A DNA stretch of 64,000 nucleotides from Eledone cirrhosa (Eukaryota): the NCBI GenBank assembly GCA_964016885.1, contig OZ024741.1:262260001-262324000 (forward strand). Reading direction: 5' to 3'. Numbering within the stretch: position 1 is the stretch's first letter; the number at the start of each line of letters is the position of its first letter. Below, piece after piece: positions 24,894-39,008 of the stretch. Under the pieces are notes generated by a model. That model saw nothing but the letters and a program-made list of their open reading frames with translations. It searched no databases and was not told the origin of the DNA. The position numbers and the translations under genes are program-made.

Positions 24894-27800
24894 AAATAAC
24901 AAATAGACGGGGTTTCAAATCTCTATGCTTTTCAAATTCATTACATTAATCTTTATTTATACGTTTCGCTTTACGAGTGTTTCGGCGTACGAGTGTTTCG
25001 ACTTACGAGTGTTTTAACTTACGTGTGTTTCGGCTTATGAGTGTTTCGACTTACGAGTGTTTTTACTTACGGTGTTTCGGCTTACGAGTATTTCGACATA
25101 CGAGTGTTTTGACTTAAGAGTGTTTCGACTTATGAGTGTTTCGACTTACGAGTGTTTCGACTTACGAGTGTTTCGTCTTACGAGTGTTTTGACTTAAGGA
25201 TGTTTCGACTTACGAGAGTTTCGATACGAGTGTTTCGACTTACGAGTGTTTTGACTTACGGTGTGTCGGCTTACGAGTGTTTCGACTTACGAGTGTTTTG
25301 ACTTACGGGTGTTTTGACATACGATTGTTTCGATACGAGTGTTCTGACTTACGAGTGTTCTGACTTACGTGTTTTGACTTACGAGTGTTCTGACTTACGA
25401 GTGTTCCGACTTACGAGTGTTCCGACTTACGAGTGTTTCGGCTTACGAGTGTTTCCGGCTTACGAGTGTTTCGACTTACGAGTGTTTTGACTTACGGTGT
25501 TTCGGCTTACGAGTGATTCGACTTACGAATGTTTTGACTTACGGGTGTTTCGGCTTGCGAGTGTTTCGACTTACGAGTGTTTCGGCTTATGAGTGTTTCG
25601 ACTTACTAATGTTTTTACTTACGAGTGTTTCGGCGTACGAGTGTTTTGACTTACGAGTGTTTCGACTTACGAGTGTTTTGACTTACGAATGTTTTGACTT
25701 ACGGGTGTTTCGGCTTACGAGTGTTTCGACTTACGAGTGTTTCGGCTTGCGAGTGTTTCGACTTACTAATGTTTTTACTTAAGAGTGTTTCGGCGTACGA
25801 GTGTTTCGACTTACGAGTGTTTCGACTTACAGGTGCTTTGACTTAAGGGTGTTTCGACTTACGAGTGTTTCGACTTACGAGTGTTTCGACTTACGAGTGT
25901 TTCGGCTTACGAGTGTTTTGACTTAAGGATGTTTCGACTTACGAGTGTTTCGATACGAGTGTTTCGACTTACGAGTGTTTCGACTTACGAGTGTTTCGAC
26001 TTACGAATGTTCTGACTTACGAGTGCTCTGACTTACGAGTGTTCTGATTTACGAGTGTTCTGACTTACGAGTGTTCTGACTTACGAGCGTTCTGATTTAC
26101 GAGTGTTCCGACTTACGAGTGTTTCGGCTTACGAGTGTTTCGACATACGAGTGTTTCGACTTAGGAGTGTTCCGACTAACGAGTGTTCCGACATACGGTG
26201 TTTCGGCTTACGAGTGATTCGACTTACGAGTGTTTTGACTTACGGGTGTTTTGACTTACGGGTGTTGTGAATTACGAGTGTTCCGATTTACGAGTGTTTT
26301 GACCTACGGTGTTTCGGCTTACGAGTGTTTTCAGCTTACGAGTGATTCGACTTACGAGTGTTTTGACTTACGGGTGTTTTGACTTACGGGTGTTGTGAAT
26401 TACGAGTGTTCCGATTTACGAGTGTTTTGACTTACGGTGTTTAGGCTTACGAGTGTTTCGATTTACGAGTGTTTCGGCTTATGAGTGTTTCGACTTACGA
26501 GTGTTTTGACTTACGGGTGTTTTGACATACGAGTGTTTCGACTGACGAGTGTTTCGATACGAGTGTTTCGACTTACGAGTGTTCTGACTTACGAGTGTTC
26601 TGACTTACGAGTGTTCTGACTTACGAGTGTTCCGACTTACGAGTGTTCCGACTTACGAGTGTTTCGGCTTACGAGTGTTTCGGCTTACGAGTGTTTCGAC
26701 TTACGAGTGTTTCGACTTACGAGTGTTCCGACTTACGGGTGTTTCGACTTACGAGTGTTTTGGCTTACGGTGTTTCGGCTTACGAGTGTTTCGAGTTACG
26801 AGTGTTTTGACTTACGCGTGTTTTGACATACGAGTGTTTCGATACGAGTGTTCTGACTTACGAGTGTTCCGATTTACGAGTGTTTTGACTTTCGGTGTTT
26901 CGGCTTACGAGTGATTCGACTTATGAGTATTTCGACTTACGAGTGTTTAGACTTACGAGTGTTTCGACTTACGAGTGTTCCGACTTACGAGTGTTTCGGC
27001 TTACGAGTGTTTCGGCTGACGAGTGTTTCGACATACGAGTGTTTCGACTTACGAGTGTTCCGACTAACGAGTGTTCCGACTTACGAGTGTTTCGGCTTAC
27101 GAGTGTTTCTGCTTACGTGTGTTTCGACTTACGAGTGTTTCGGCTTACGAGTGTTTCGAATTACGAAAATAACAAATAGACGGGGTTTCAAATCTCTATG
27201 CTTTTCAAATTCATTACATTAATCTTTATTTATACGTTTCGCTTTACGAGTGTTTCGGCGTACGAGTGTTTCGACTTACGAGTGTTTTAACTTACGTGTG
27301 TTTCGGCTTACGAGTGTTTCGACTTACGAGTGTTTTTACTTACGGTGTTTCGGCTTACGAGTGTTTCGACATACGAGTGTTTTGACTTAAGAGTGTTTCG
27401 ACTTACGAGTGTTTCGACTTACTAGTGTTTCGACTTACGAGTGTTTCGTCTTACGAGTGTTTTGACTTAAGGATGTTTCGACTTACGAGAGTTTCGATAC
27501 GAGTGTTTCGACTTACGAGTGTTTTGACTTACGGTGTGTCGGCTTACGAGTGTTTCGACTTACGAGTGTTTTGACTTACGGGTGTTTTGACATACGATTG
27601 TTTCGATACGAGTGTTCTGACTTACGAGTGTTCTGACTTACGTGTTTTGACTTACGAGTGTTCTGACTTACGAGTGTTCCGACTTACGAGTGTTCCGACT
27701 TACGAGTGTTTCGGCTTACGAGTGTTTCCGGCTTACGAGTGTTTCGACTTACGAGTGTTTTGACTTACGGTGTTTCGGCTTACGAGTGATTCGACTTACG

Positions 27801-30800
27801 AATGTTTTGACTTACGGGTGTTTCGGCTTGCGAGTGTTTCGACTTACGAGTGTTTCGGCTTATGAGTGTTTCGACTTACTAATGTTTTTACTTACGAGTG
27901 TTTCGGCGTACGAGTGTTTTGACTTACGAGTGTTTCGACTTACGAGTGTTTTGACTTACGAATGTTTTGACTTACGGGTGTTTCGGCTTACGAGTGTTTC
28001 GACTTACGAGTGTTTCGGCTTGCGAGTGTTTCGACTTACTAATGTTTTTACTTAAGAGTGTTTCGGCGTACGAGTGTTTCGACTTACGAGTGTTTCGACT
28101 TACGGGTGCTTTGACTTAAGGGTGTTTCGACTTACGAGTGTTTCGACTTACGAGTGTTTCGACTTACGAGTGTTTCGGCTTACGACTGTTTTGACTTAAG
28201 GATGTTTCGACTTACGAGTGTTTCGATACGAGTGTTTCGACTTACGAGTGTTTCGACTTACGAGTGTTTCGACTTACGAATGTTCTGACTTACGAGTGCT
28301 CTGACTTACGAGTGTTCTGATTTACGAGTGTTCTGACTTACGAGTGTTCTGACTTACGAGCGTTCTGATTTACGAGTGTTCCGACTTACGAGTGTTTCGG
28401 CTTACGAGTGTTTCGACATACGAGTGTTTCGACTTAGGAGTGTTCCGACTAACGAGTGTTCCGACATACGGTGTTTCGGCTTACGAGTGATTCGACTTAC
28501 GAGTGTTTTGACTTACGGGTGTTTTGACTTACGGGTGTTGTGAATTACGAGTGTTCCGATTTACGAGTGTTTTGACCTACGGTGTTTCGGCTTACGAGTG
28601 TTTTCAGCTTACGAGTGATTCGACTTACGAGTGTTTTGACTTACGGGTGTTTTGACTTACGGGTGTTGTGAATTACGAGTGTTCCGATTTACGAGTGTTT
28701 TGACTTACGGTGTTTAGGCTTACGAGTGTTTCGATTTACGAGTGTTTCGGCTTATGAGTGTTTCGACTTACGAGTGTTTTGACTTACGGGTGTTTTGACA
28801 TACGAGTGTTTCGACTGACGAGTGTTTCGATACGAGTGTTTCGACTTACGAGTGTTCTGACTTACGAGTGTTCTGACTTACGAGTGTTCTGACTTACGAG
28901 TGTTCCGACTTACGAGTGTTCCGACTTACGAGTGTTTCGGCTTACGAGTGTTTCGGCTTACGAGTGTTTCGACTTACGAGTGTTTCGACTTACGAGTGTT
29001 CCGACTTACGGGTGTTTCGACTTACGAGTGTTTTGGCTTACGGTGTTTCGGCTTACGAGTGTTTCGAGTTACGAGTGTTTTGACTTACGCGTGTTTTGAC
29101 ATACGAGTGTTTCGATACGAGTGTTCTGACTTACGAGTGTTCCGATTTACGAGTGTTTTGACTTTCGGTGTTTCGGCTTACGAGTGATTCGACTTATGAG
29201 TATTTCGACTTACGAGTGTTTAGACTTACGAGTGTTTCGACTTACGAGTGTTCCGACTTACGAGTGTTTCGGCTTACGAGTGTTTCGGCTGACGAGTGTT
29301 TCGACATACGAGTGTTTCGACTTACGAGTGTTCCGACTAACGAGTGTTCCGACTTACGAGTGTTTCGGCTTACGAGTGTTTCTGCTTACGTGTGTTTCGA
29401 CTTACGAGTGTTTCGGCTTACGAGTGTTTCGAATTACGAAAATAACAAATAGACGGGGTTTCAAATCTCTATGCTTTTCAAATTCATTACATTAATCTTT
29501 ATTTATACGTTTCGCTTTACGAGTGTTTCGGCGTACGAGTGTTTCGACTTACGAGTGTTTTAACTTACGTGTGTTTCGGCTTACGAGTGTTTCGACTTAC
29601 GAGTGTTTTTACTTACGGTGTTTCGGCTTACGAGTGTTTCGACATACGAGTGTTTTGACTTAAGAGTGTTTCGACTTACGAGTGTTTCGACTTACTAGTG
29701 TTTCGACTTACGAGTGTTTCGTCTTACGAGTGTTTTGACTTAAGGATGTTTCGACTTACGAGAGTTTCGATACGAGTGTTTCGACTTACGAGTGTTTTGA
29801 CTTACGGTGTGTCGGCTTACGAGTGTTTCGACTTACGAGTGTTTTGACTTACGGGTGTTTTGACATACGATTGTTTCGATACGAGTGTTCTGACTTACGA
29901 GTGTTCTGACTTACGTGTTTTGACTTACGAGTGTTCTGACTTACGAGTGTTCCGACTTACGAGTGTTCCGACTTACGAGTGTTTCGGCTTACGAGTGTTT
30001 CCGGCTTACGAGTGTTTCGACTTACGAGTGTTTTGACTTACGGTGTTTCGGCTTACGAGTGATTCGACTTACGAATGTTTTGACTTACGGGTGTTTCGGC
30101 TTGCGAGTGTTTCGACTTACGAGTGTTTCGGCTTATGAGTGTTTCGACTTACTAATGTTTTTACTTACGAGTGTTTCGGCGTACGAGTGTTTTGACTTAC
30201 GAGTGTTTCGACTTACGAGTGTTTTGACTTACGAATGTTTTGACGTACGGGTGTTTCGGCTTACGAGTGTTTCGACTTACGAGTGTTTCGGCTTGCGAGT
30301 GTTTCGACTTACTAATGTTTTTACTTAAGAGTGTTTCGGCGTACGAGTGTTTCGACTTACGAGTGTTTCGACTTACGGGTGCTTTGACTTAAGGGTGTTT
30401 CGACTTACGAGTGTTTCGACTTACGAGTGTTTCGACTTACGAGTGTTTCGGCTTACGACTGTTTTGACTTAAGGATGTTTCGACTTACGAGTGTTTCGAT
30501 ACGAGTGTTTCGACTTACGAGTGTTTCGACTTACGAGTGTTTCGACTTACGAATGTTCTGACTTACGAGTGCTCTGACTTACGAGTGTTCTGATTTACGA
30601 GTGTTCTGACTTACGAGTGTTCTGACTTACGAGCGTTCTGATTTACGAGTGTTCCGACTTACGAGTGTTTCGGCTTACGAGTGTTTCGACATACGAGTGT
30701 TTCGACTTAGGAGTGTTCCGACTAACGAGTGTTCCGACATACGGTGTTTCGGCTTACGAGTGATTCGACTTACGAGTGTTTTGACTTACGGGTGTTTTGA

Positions 30801-33800
30801 CTTACGGGTGTTGTGAATTACGAGTGTTCCGATTTACGAGTGTTTTGACTTACGGTGTTTCGGCTTACGAGTGTTTTCAGCTTACGAGTGATTCGACTTA
30901 CGAGTGTTTTGACTTACGGGTGTTTTGACTTACGGGTGTTGTGAATTACGAGTGTTCCGATTTACGAGTGTTTTGACTTACGGTGTTTAGGCTTACGAGT
31001 GTTTCGATTTACGAGTGTTTCGGCTTATGAGTGTTTCGACTTACGAGTGTTTTGACTTACGGGTGTTTTGACATACGAGTGTTTCGACTGACGAGTGTTT
31101 CGATACGAGTGTTTCGACTTACGAGTGTTCTGACTTACGAGTGTTCTGACTTACGAGTGTTCTGACTTACGAGTGTTCCGACTTACGAGTGTTCCGACTT
31201 ACGAGTGTTTCGGCTTACGAGTGTTTCGGCTTACGAGTGTTTCGACTTACGAGTGTTTCGACTTACGAGTGTTCCGACTTACGGGTGTTTCGACTTACGA
31301 GTGTTTTGGCTTACGGTGTTTCGGCTTACGAGTGTTTCGAGTTACGAGTGTTTTGACTTACGCGTGTTTTGACATACGAGTGTTTCGATACGAGTGTTCT
31401 GACTTACGAGTGTTCCGATTTACGAGTGTTTTGACTTTCGGTGTTTCGGCTTACGAGTGATTCGACTTATGAGTATTTCGACTTACGAGTGTTTAGACTT
31501 ACGAGTGTTTCGACTTACGAGTGTTCCGACTTACGAGTGTTTCGGCTTACGAGTGTTTCGGCTGACGAGTGTTTCGACATACGAGTGTTTCGACTTACGA
31601 GTGTTCCGACTAACGAGTGTTCCGACTTACGAGTGTTTCGGCTTACGAGTGTTTCTGCTTACGTGTGTTTCGACTTACGAGTGTTTCGGCTTACGAGTGT
31701 TTCGAATTACGAAAATAACAAATAGACGGGGTTTCAAATCTCTATGCTTTTCAAATTCATTACATTAATCTTTATTTATACGTTTCGCTTTACGAGTGTT
31801 TCGGCGTACGAGTGTTTCGACTTACGAGTGTTTTAACTTACGTGTGTTTCGGCTTACGAGTGTTTCGACTTACGAGTGTTTTTACTTACGGTGTTTCGGC
31901 TTACGAGTGTTTCGACATACGAGTGTTTTGACTTAAGAGTGTTTCGACTTACGAGTGTTTCGACTTACTAGTGTTTCGACTTACGAGTGTTTCGTCTTAC
32001 GAGTGTTTTGACTTAAGGATGTTTCGACTTACGAGAGTTTCGATACGAGTGTTTCGACTTACGAGTGTTTTGACTTACGGTGTGTCGGCTTACGAGTGTT
32101 TCGACTTACGAGTGTTTTGACTTACGGGTGTTTTGACATACGATTGTTTCGATACGAGTGTTCTGACTTACGAGTGTTCTGACTTACGTGTTTTGACTTA
32201 CGAGTGTTCTGACTTACGAGTGTTCCGACTTACGAGTGTTCCGACTTACGAGTGTTTCGGCTTACGAGTGTTTCCGGCTTACGAGTGTTTCGACTTACGA
32301 GTGTTTTGACTTACGGTGTTTCGGCTTACGAGTGATTCGACTTACGAATGTTTTGACTTACGGGTGTTTCGGCTTGCGAGTGTTTCGACTTACGAGTGTT
32401 TCGGCTTATGAGTGTTTCGACTTACTAATGTTTTTACTTACGAGTGTTTCGGCGTACGAGTGTTTTGACTTACGAGTGTTTCGACTTACGAGTGTTTTGA
32501 CTTACGAATGTTTTGACTTACGGGTGTTTCGGCTTACGAGTGTTTCGACTTACGAGTGTTTCGGCTTGCGAGTGTTTCGACTTACTAATGTTTTTACTTA
32601 AGAGTGTTTCGGCGTACGAGTGTTTCGACTTACGAGTGTTTCGACTTACGGGTGCTTTGACTTAAGGGTGTTTCGACTTACGAGTGTTTCGATACGAGTG
32701 TTTCGACTTACGAGTGTTTCGACTTACGAGTGTTTCGACTTACGAATGTTCTGACTTACGAGTGCTCTGACTTACGAGTGTTCTGATTTACGAGTGTTCT
32801 GACTTACGAGTGTTCTGACTTACGAGCGTTCTGATTTACGAGTGTTCCGACTTACGAGTGTTTCGGCTTACGAGTGTTTCGACATACGAGTGTTTCGACT
32901 TAGGAGTGTTCCGACTAACGAGTGTTCCGACATACGGTGTTTCGGCTTACGAGTGATTCGACTTACGAGTGTTTTGACTTACGGGTGTTTTGACTTACGG
33001 GTGTTGTGAATTACGAGTGTTCCGATTTACGAGTGTTTTGACTTACGGTGTTTCGGCTTACGAGTGTTTTCAGCTTACGAGTGATTCGACTTACGAGTGT
33101 TTTGACTTACGGGTGTTTTGACTTACGGGTGTTGTGAATTACGAGTGTTCCGATTTACGAGTGTTTTGACTTACGGTGTTTAGGCTTACGAGTGTTTCGA
33201 TTTACGAGTGTTTCGGCTTATGAGTGTTTCGACTTACGAGTGTTTTGACTTACGGGTGTTTTGACATACGAGTGTTTCGACTGACGAGTGTTTCGATACG
33301 AGTGTTTCGACTTACGAGTGTTCTGACTTACGAGTGTTCTGACTTACGAGTGTTCTGACTTACGAGTGTTCCGACTTACGAGTGTTCCGACTTACGAGTG
33401 TTTCGGCTTACGAGTGTTTCGGCTTACGAGTGTTTCGACTTACGAGTGTTTCGACTTACGAGTGTTCCGACTTACGGGTGTTTCGACTTACGAGTGTTTT
33501 GGCTTACGGTGTTTCGGCTTACGAGTGTTTCGAGTTACGAGTGTTTTGACTTACGCGTGTTTTGACATACGAGTGTTTCGATACGAGTGTTCTGACTTAC
33601 GAGTGTTCCGATTTACGAGTGTTTTGACTTTCGGTGTTTCGGCTTACGAGTGATTCGACTTATGAGTATTTCGACTTACGAGTGTTTAGACTTACGAGTG
33701 TTTCGACTTACGAGTGTTCCGACTTACGAGTGTTTCGGCTTACGAGTGTTTCGGCTGACGAGTGTTTCGACATACGAGTGTTTCGACTTACGAGTGTTCC

Positions 33801-33905
33801 GACTAACGAGTGTTCCGACTTACGAGTGTTTCGGCTTACGAGTGTTTCTGCTTACGTGTGTTTCGACTTACGAGTGTTTCGGCTTACGAGTGTTTCGAAT
33901 TACGA
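24894..33905 (+). repeat. HOR array: 2273 x3 + 2193 bp, followed by a truncated unit to ~35750
   Basis: Cassette starts 24894, 27167, 29440, 31713, 33906. The same 80-bp deletion is near 32680, and the next unit has a further 48-bp deletion near 34535. Confidence 0.92.
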
Positions 33906-36900
33906 AAATAACAAATAGACGGGGTTTCAAATCTCTATGCTTTTCAAATTCATTACATTAATCTTTATTTATACGTTTCGCTTTACGAGTGTTTCGGCGT
34001 ACGAGTGTTTCGACTTACGAGTGTTTTAACTTACGTGTGTTTCGGCTTACGAGTGTTTCGACTTACGAGTGTTTTTACTTACGGTGTTTCGGCTTACGAG
34101 TGTTTCGACATACGAGTGTTTTGACTTAAGAGTGTTTCGACTTACGAGTGTTTCGACTTACTAGTGTTTCGACTTACGAGTGTTTCGTCTTACGAGTGTT
34201 TTGACTTAAGGATGTTTCGACTTACGAGAGTTTCGATACGAGTGTTTCGACTTACGAGTGTTTTGACTTACGGTGTGTCGGCTTACGAGTGTTTCGACTT
34301 ACGAGTGTTTTGACTTACGGGTGTTTTGACATACGATTGTTTCGATACGAGTGTTCTGACTTACGAGTGTTCTGACTTACGTGTTTTGACTTACGAGTGT
34401 TCTGACTTACGAGTGTTCCGACTTACGAGTGTTCCGACTTACGAGTGTTTCGGCTTACGAGTGTTTCCGGCTTACGAGTGTTTCGACTTACGAGTGTTTT
34501 GACTTACGGTGTTTCGGCTTACGAGTGATTCGACTTACGAGTGTTTCGGCTTATGAGTGTTTCGACTTACTAATGTTTTTACTTACGAGTGTTTCGGCGT
34601 ACGAGTGTTTTGACTTACGAGTGTTTCGACTTACGAGTGTTTTGACTTACGAATGTTTTGACTTACGGGTGTTTCGGCTTACGAGTGTTTCGACTTACGA
34701 GTGTTTCGGCTTGCGAGTGTTTCGACTTACTAATGTTTTTACTTAAGAGTGTTTCGGCGTACGAGTGTTTCGACTTACGAGTGTTTCGACTTACGGGTGC
34801 TTTGACTTAAGGGTGTTTCGACTTACGAGTGTTTCGATACGAGTGTTTCGACTTACGAGTGTTTCGACTTACGAGTGTTTCGACTTACGAATGTTCTGAC
34901 TTACGAGTGCTCTGACTTACGAGTGTTCTGATTTACGAGTGTTCTGACTTACGAGTGTTCTGACTTACGAGCGTTCTGATTTACGAGTGTTCCGACTTAC
35001 GAGTGTTTCGGCTTACGAGTGTTTCGACATACGAGTGTTTCGACTTAGGAGTGTTCCGACTAACGAGTGTTCCGACATACGGTGTTTCGGCTTACGAGTG
35101 ATTCGACTTACGAGTGTTTTGACTTACGGGTGTTTTGACTTACGGGTGTTGTGAATTACGAGTGTTCCGATTTACGAGTGTTTTGACTTACGGTGTTTCG
35201 GCTTACGAGTGTTTTCAGCTTACGAGTGATTCGACTTACGAGTGTTTTGACTTACGGGTGTTTTGACTTACGGGTGTTGTGAATTACGAGTGTTCCGATT
35301 TACGAGTGTTTTGACTTACGGTGTTTAGGCTTACGAGTGTTTCGATTTACGAGTGTTTCGGCTTATGAGTGTTTCGACTTACGAGTGTTTTGACTTACGG
35401 GTGTTTTGACATACGAGTGTTTCGACTGACGAGTGTTTCGATACGAGTGTTTCGACTTACGAGTGTTCTGACTTACGAGTGTTCTGACTTACGAGTGTTC
35501 TGACTTACGAGTGTTCCGACTTACGAGTGTTCCGACTTACGAGTGTTTCGGCTTACGAGTGTTTCGGCTTACGAGTGTTTCGACTTACGAGTGTTTCGAC
35601 TTACGAGTGTTCCGACTTACGGGTGTTTCGACTTACGAGTGTTTTGGCTTACGGTGTTTCGGCTTACGAGTGTTTCGAGTTACGAGTGTTTTGACTTACG
35701 CGTGTTTTGACATACGAGTGTTTCGATACGAGTGTTCTGACTTACGAGTGTTCTGACTTACGAGTGTTCTGACTTACGAGTGTTCCGACTTTACGAGTGT
35801 TTCGGCTCACGAGTGTTTCGGCTTACGAGTGTTTCGACTTACGAAAATAACAAATAGACGCGGTTTCAAATCTCTATGCTTTTCAAATTCATTACATTAA
35901 TCTTTATTTATACGTTTCGCTTTACGAGTGTTTCGACTTACGAGTGTTTCGGCTTACGTGAGTTTCGACTTAAGAGTGTTCTGATTTACGAGTGTTCTGA
36001 CTTGCGGGTGTTCTGATTTACGAGTGTTCCGACTTACGAGGGTTCTGACTTACGAGTGTTCCGAATTACGAGTGTTTCGGCTATGAGTGTTTCGACTTAT
36101 GGGTGTTTCGACTTACGAGTGTTTTTACTTACGGTGTTTCGGCTTACGAGTGTTTCGACATACGAGTGTTTTGACTTACGGGTGTTTCGACTTACGAGTG
36201 TTTTGACTTACGAATGTTTTGACTTACGGGTGTTTCGGCTTACGAGTGTTTCGACTTACGAGTGTTTCGGCTTACGAGTGTTTCGACTTACTAATGTTTT
36301 TACTTACGAGTGTTTCTGCGTACGAGAGTTTTGACTTACGAGTGTTTCGACTTACGAGTGTTCTGACTTACGAGTGTTCCGAGTTACGAGTGTTCCGACT
36401 TACGAGTGTTTCGGCTTACGAGTGTTTCGTCTTACGAGTGTTTCGCCTTACGAGTGTTCCGACTTACGGGTGCTTCGACTTACGAGTGTTTGGGCTTACG
36501 GTATTTCGGCTTACGAGTGTTTCGAGTTACGAGTGTTTTGACTTACGGGTGTTGTGAATTACGAGTGTTCCGATTTACGAGTGTTTTGACTTACGGTGTT
36601 TCGGCTTACGAGTGTTTTCAGCTTACGAGTGATTCGACTTACGAGTGTTTTGACTTACGGGTGTTTTGACTTACGGGTGTTGTGAATTACGAGTGTTCCG
36701 ATTTACGAGTGTTTTGACTTACGGTGTTTAGGCTTACGAGTGTTTCGATTTACGAGTGTTTCGGCTTATGAGTGTTTCGACTTACGAGTGTTTTGACTTA
36801 CGGGTGTTTTGACATACGAGTGTTTCGACTGACGAGTGTTTCGATACGAGTGTTTCGACTTACGAGTGTTCTGACTTACGAGTGTTCTGACTTACGAGTG

Positions 36901-38939
36901 TTCTGACTTACGAGTGTTCCGACTTACGAGTGTTCCGACTTACGAGTGTTTCGGCTTACGAGTGTTTCGGCTTACGAGTGTTTCGACTTACGAGTGTTTC
37001 GACTTACGAGTGTTCCGACTTACGGGTGTTTCGACTTACGAGTGTTTTGGCTTACGGTGTTTCGGCTTACGAGTGTTTCGAGTTACGAGTGTTTTGACTT
37101 ACGCGTGTTTTGACATACGAGTGTTTCGATACGAGTGTTCTGACTTACGAGTGTTCTGACTTACGAGTGTTCTGACTTACGAGTGTTCCGACTTTACGAG
37201 TGTTTCGGCTCACGAGTGTTTCGGCTTACGAGTGTTTCGACTTACGAAAATAACAAATAGACGCGGTTTCAAATCTCTATGCTTTTCAAATTCATTACAT
37301 TAATCTTTATTTATACGTTTCGCTTTACGAGTGTTTCGACTTACGAGTGTTTCGGCTTACGTGAGTTTCGACTTAAGAGTGTTCTGATTTACGAGTGTTC
37401 TGACTTGCGGGTGTTCTGATTTACGAGTGTTCCGACTTACGAGGGTTCTGACTTACGAGTGTTCCGAATTACGAGTGTTTCGGCTATGAGTGTTTCGACT
37501 TATGGGTGTTTCGACTTACGAGTGTTTTTACTTACGGTGTTTCGGCTTACGAGTGTTTCGACATACGAGTGTTTTGACTTACGGGTGTTTCGACTTACGA
37601 GTGTTTTGACTTACGAATGTTTTGACTTACGGGTGTTTCGGCTTACGAGTGTTTCGACTTACGAGTGTTTCGGCTTACGAGTGTTTCGACTTACTAATGT
37701 TTTTACTTACGAGTGTTTCTGCGTACGAGAGTTTTGACTTACGAGTGTTTCGACTTACGAGTGTTCTGACTTACGAGTGTTCCGAGTTACGAGTGTTCCG
37801 ACTTACGAGTGTTTCGGCTTACGAGTGTTTCGTCTTACGAGTGTTTCGCCTTACGAGTGTTCCGACTTACGGGTGCTTCGACTTACGAGTGTTTGGGCTT
37901 ACGGTATTTCGGCTTACGAGTGTTTCGAGTTACGAGTGTTTTGACTTACGCGTGTTTTGACATACGAGTTTTTCGATACGAGTGTTCTTACTTACGAGTG
38001 TTCTGATTACGAGTGTTCTGACTTACGAGTGTTCCGACTTTACGAGTGTTTCGGCTCACGAGTGTTTCGGCTTACGAGTGTTTCGACTTACGAAAATAAC
38101 AAATAGACGCGGTTTCAAATCTCTATGCTTTTCAAATTCATTACATTAATCTTTATTTATACGTTTCGCTTTACGAGTGTTTCGACTTACGAGTGTTTCG
38201 GCTTACGTGAGTTTCGACTTAAGAGTGTTCTGATTTACGAGTGTTCTGACTTGCGGGTGTTCTGATTTACGAGTGTTCCGACTTACGAGGGTTCTGACTT
38301 ACGAGTGTTCCGACTTACGAGTGTTTCGGCTATGAGTGTTTCGACTTATGGGTGTTTCGACTTACGAGTGTTTTTACTTACGGTGTTTCGGCTTACGAGT
38401 GTTTCGACATACGAGTGTTTTGACTTACGGGTGTTTCGACTTACGAGTGTTTTGACTTACGAATGTTTTGACTTACGGGTGTTTCGGCTTACGAGTGTTT
38501 CGACTTACGAGTGTTTCGGCTTACGAGTGTTTCGACTTACTAATGTTTTTACTTACGAGTGTTTCGGCGTACGAGAGTTTTGACTTACGAGTGTTTCGAC
38601 TTACGAGTGTTCTGACTTACGAGTGTTGCGACTTACGAGTGTTCCGACTTACGAGTGTTTCGGCTTACGAGTGTTTCGACTTACGAGTGTTTCGACTTAC
38701 GAGTGTTCCGACTTACGGGTGCTTCGACTTACGAGTGTTTGGGCTTACGGTATTTCGGCTTACGAGTGTTTCGAGTTACGAGTGTTTTGACTTACGCGTG
38801 TTTTGACATACGAGTTTTTCGATACGAGTGTTCTGACTTACGAGTGTTCTGATTACGAGTGTTCTGACTTACGAGTGTTCCGACTTTACGAGTGTTTCGG
38901 CTCACGAGTGTTTCGGCTTACGAGTGTTTCGACTCACGA

Positions 38940-39008
38940 AAATAACAAATAGACGTGGTTTCAAATCTCTATGCTTTTCAAATTCATTACATTAATCTTT
39001 ATTTATAC
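38940..39008. repeat. AT-rich cassette, allele GAC-GT-GG (5 copies: 38940, 43245, 46926, 51368, 56229)
   Basis: Reads aaatagacgtggtttc; always preceded by the gactcacg variant. Confidence 0.95.
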
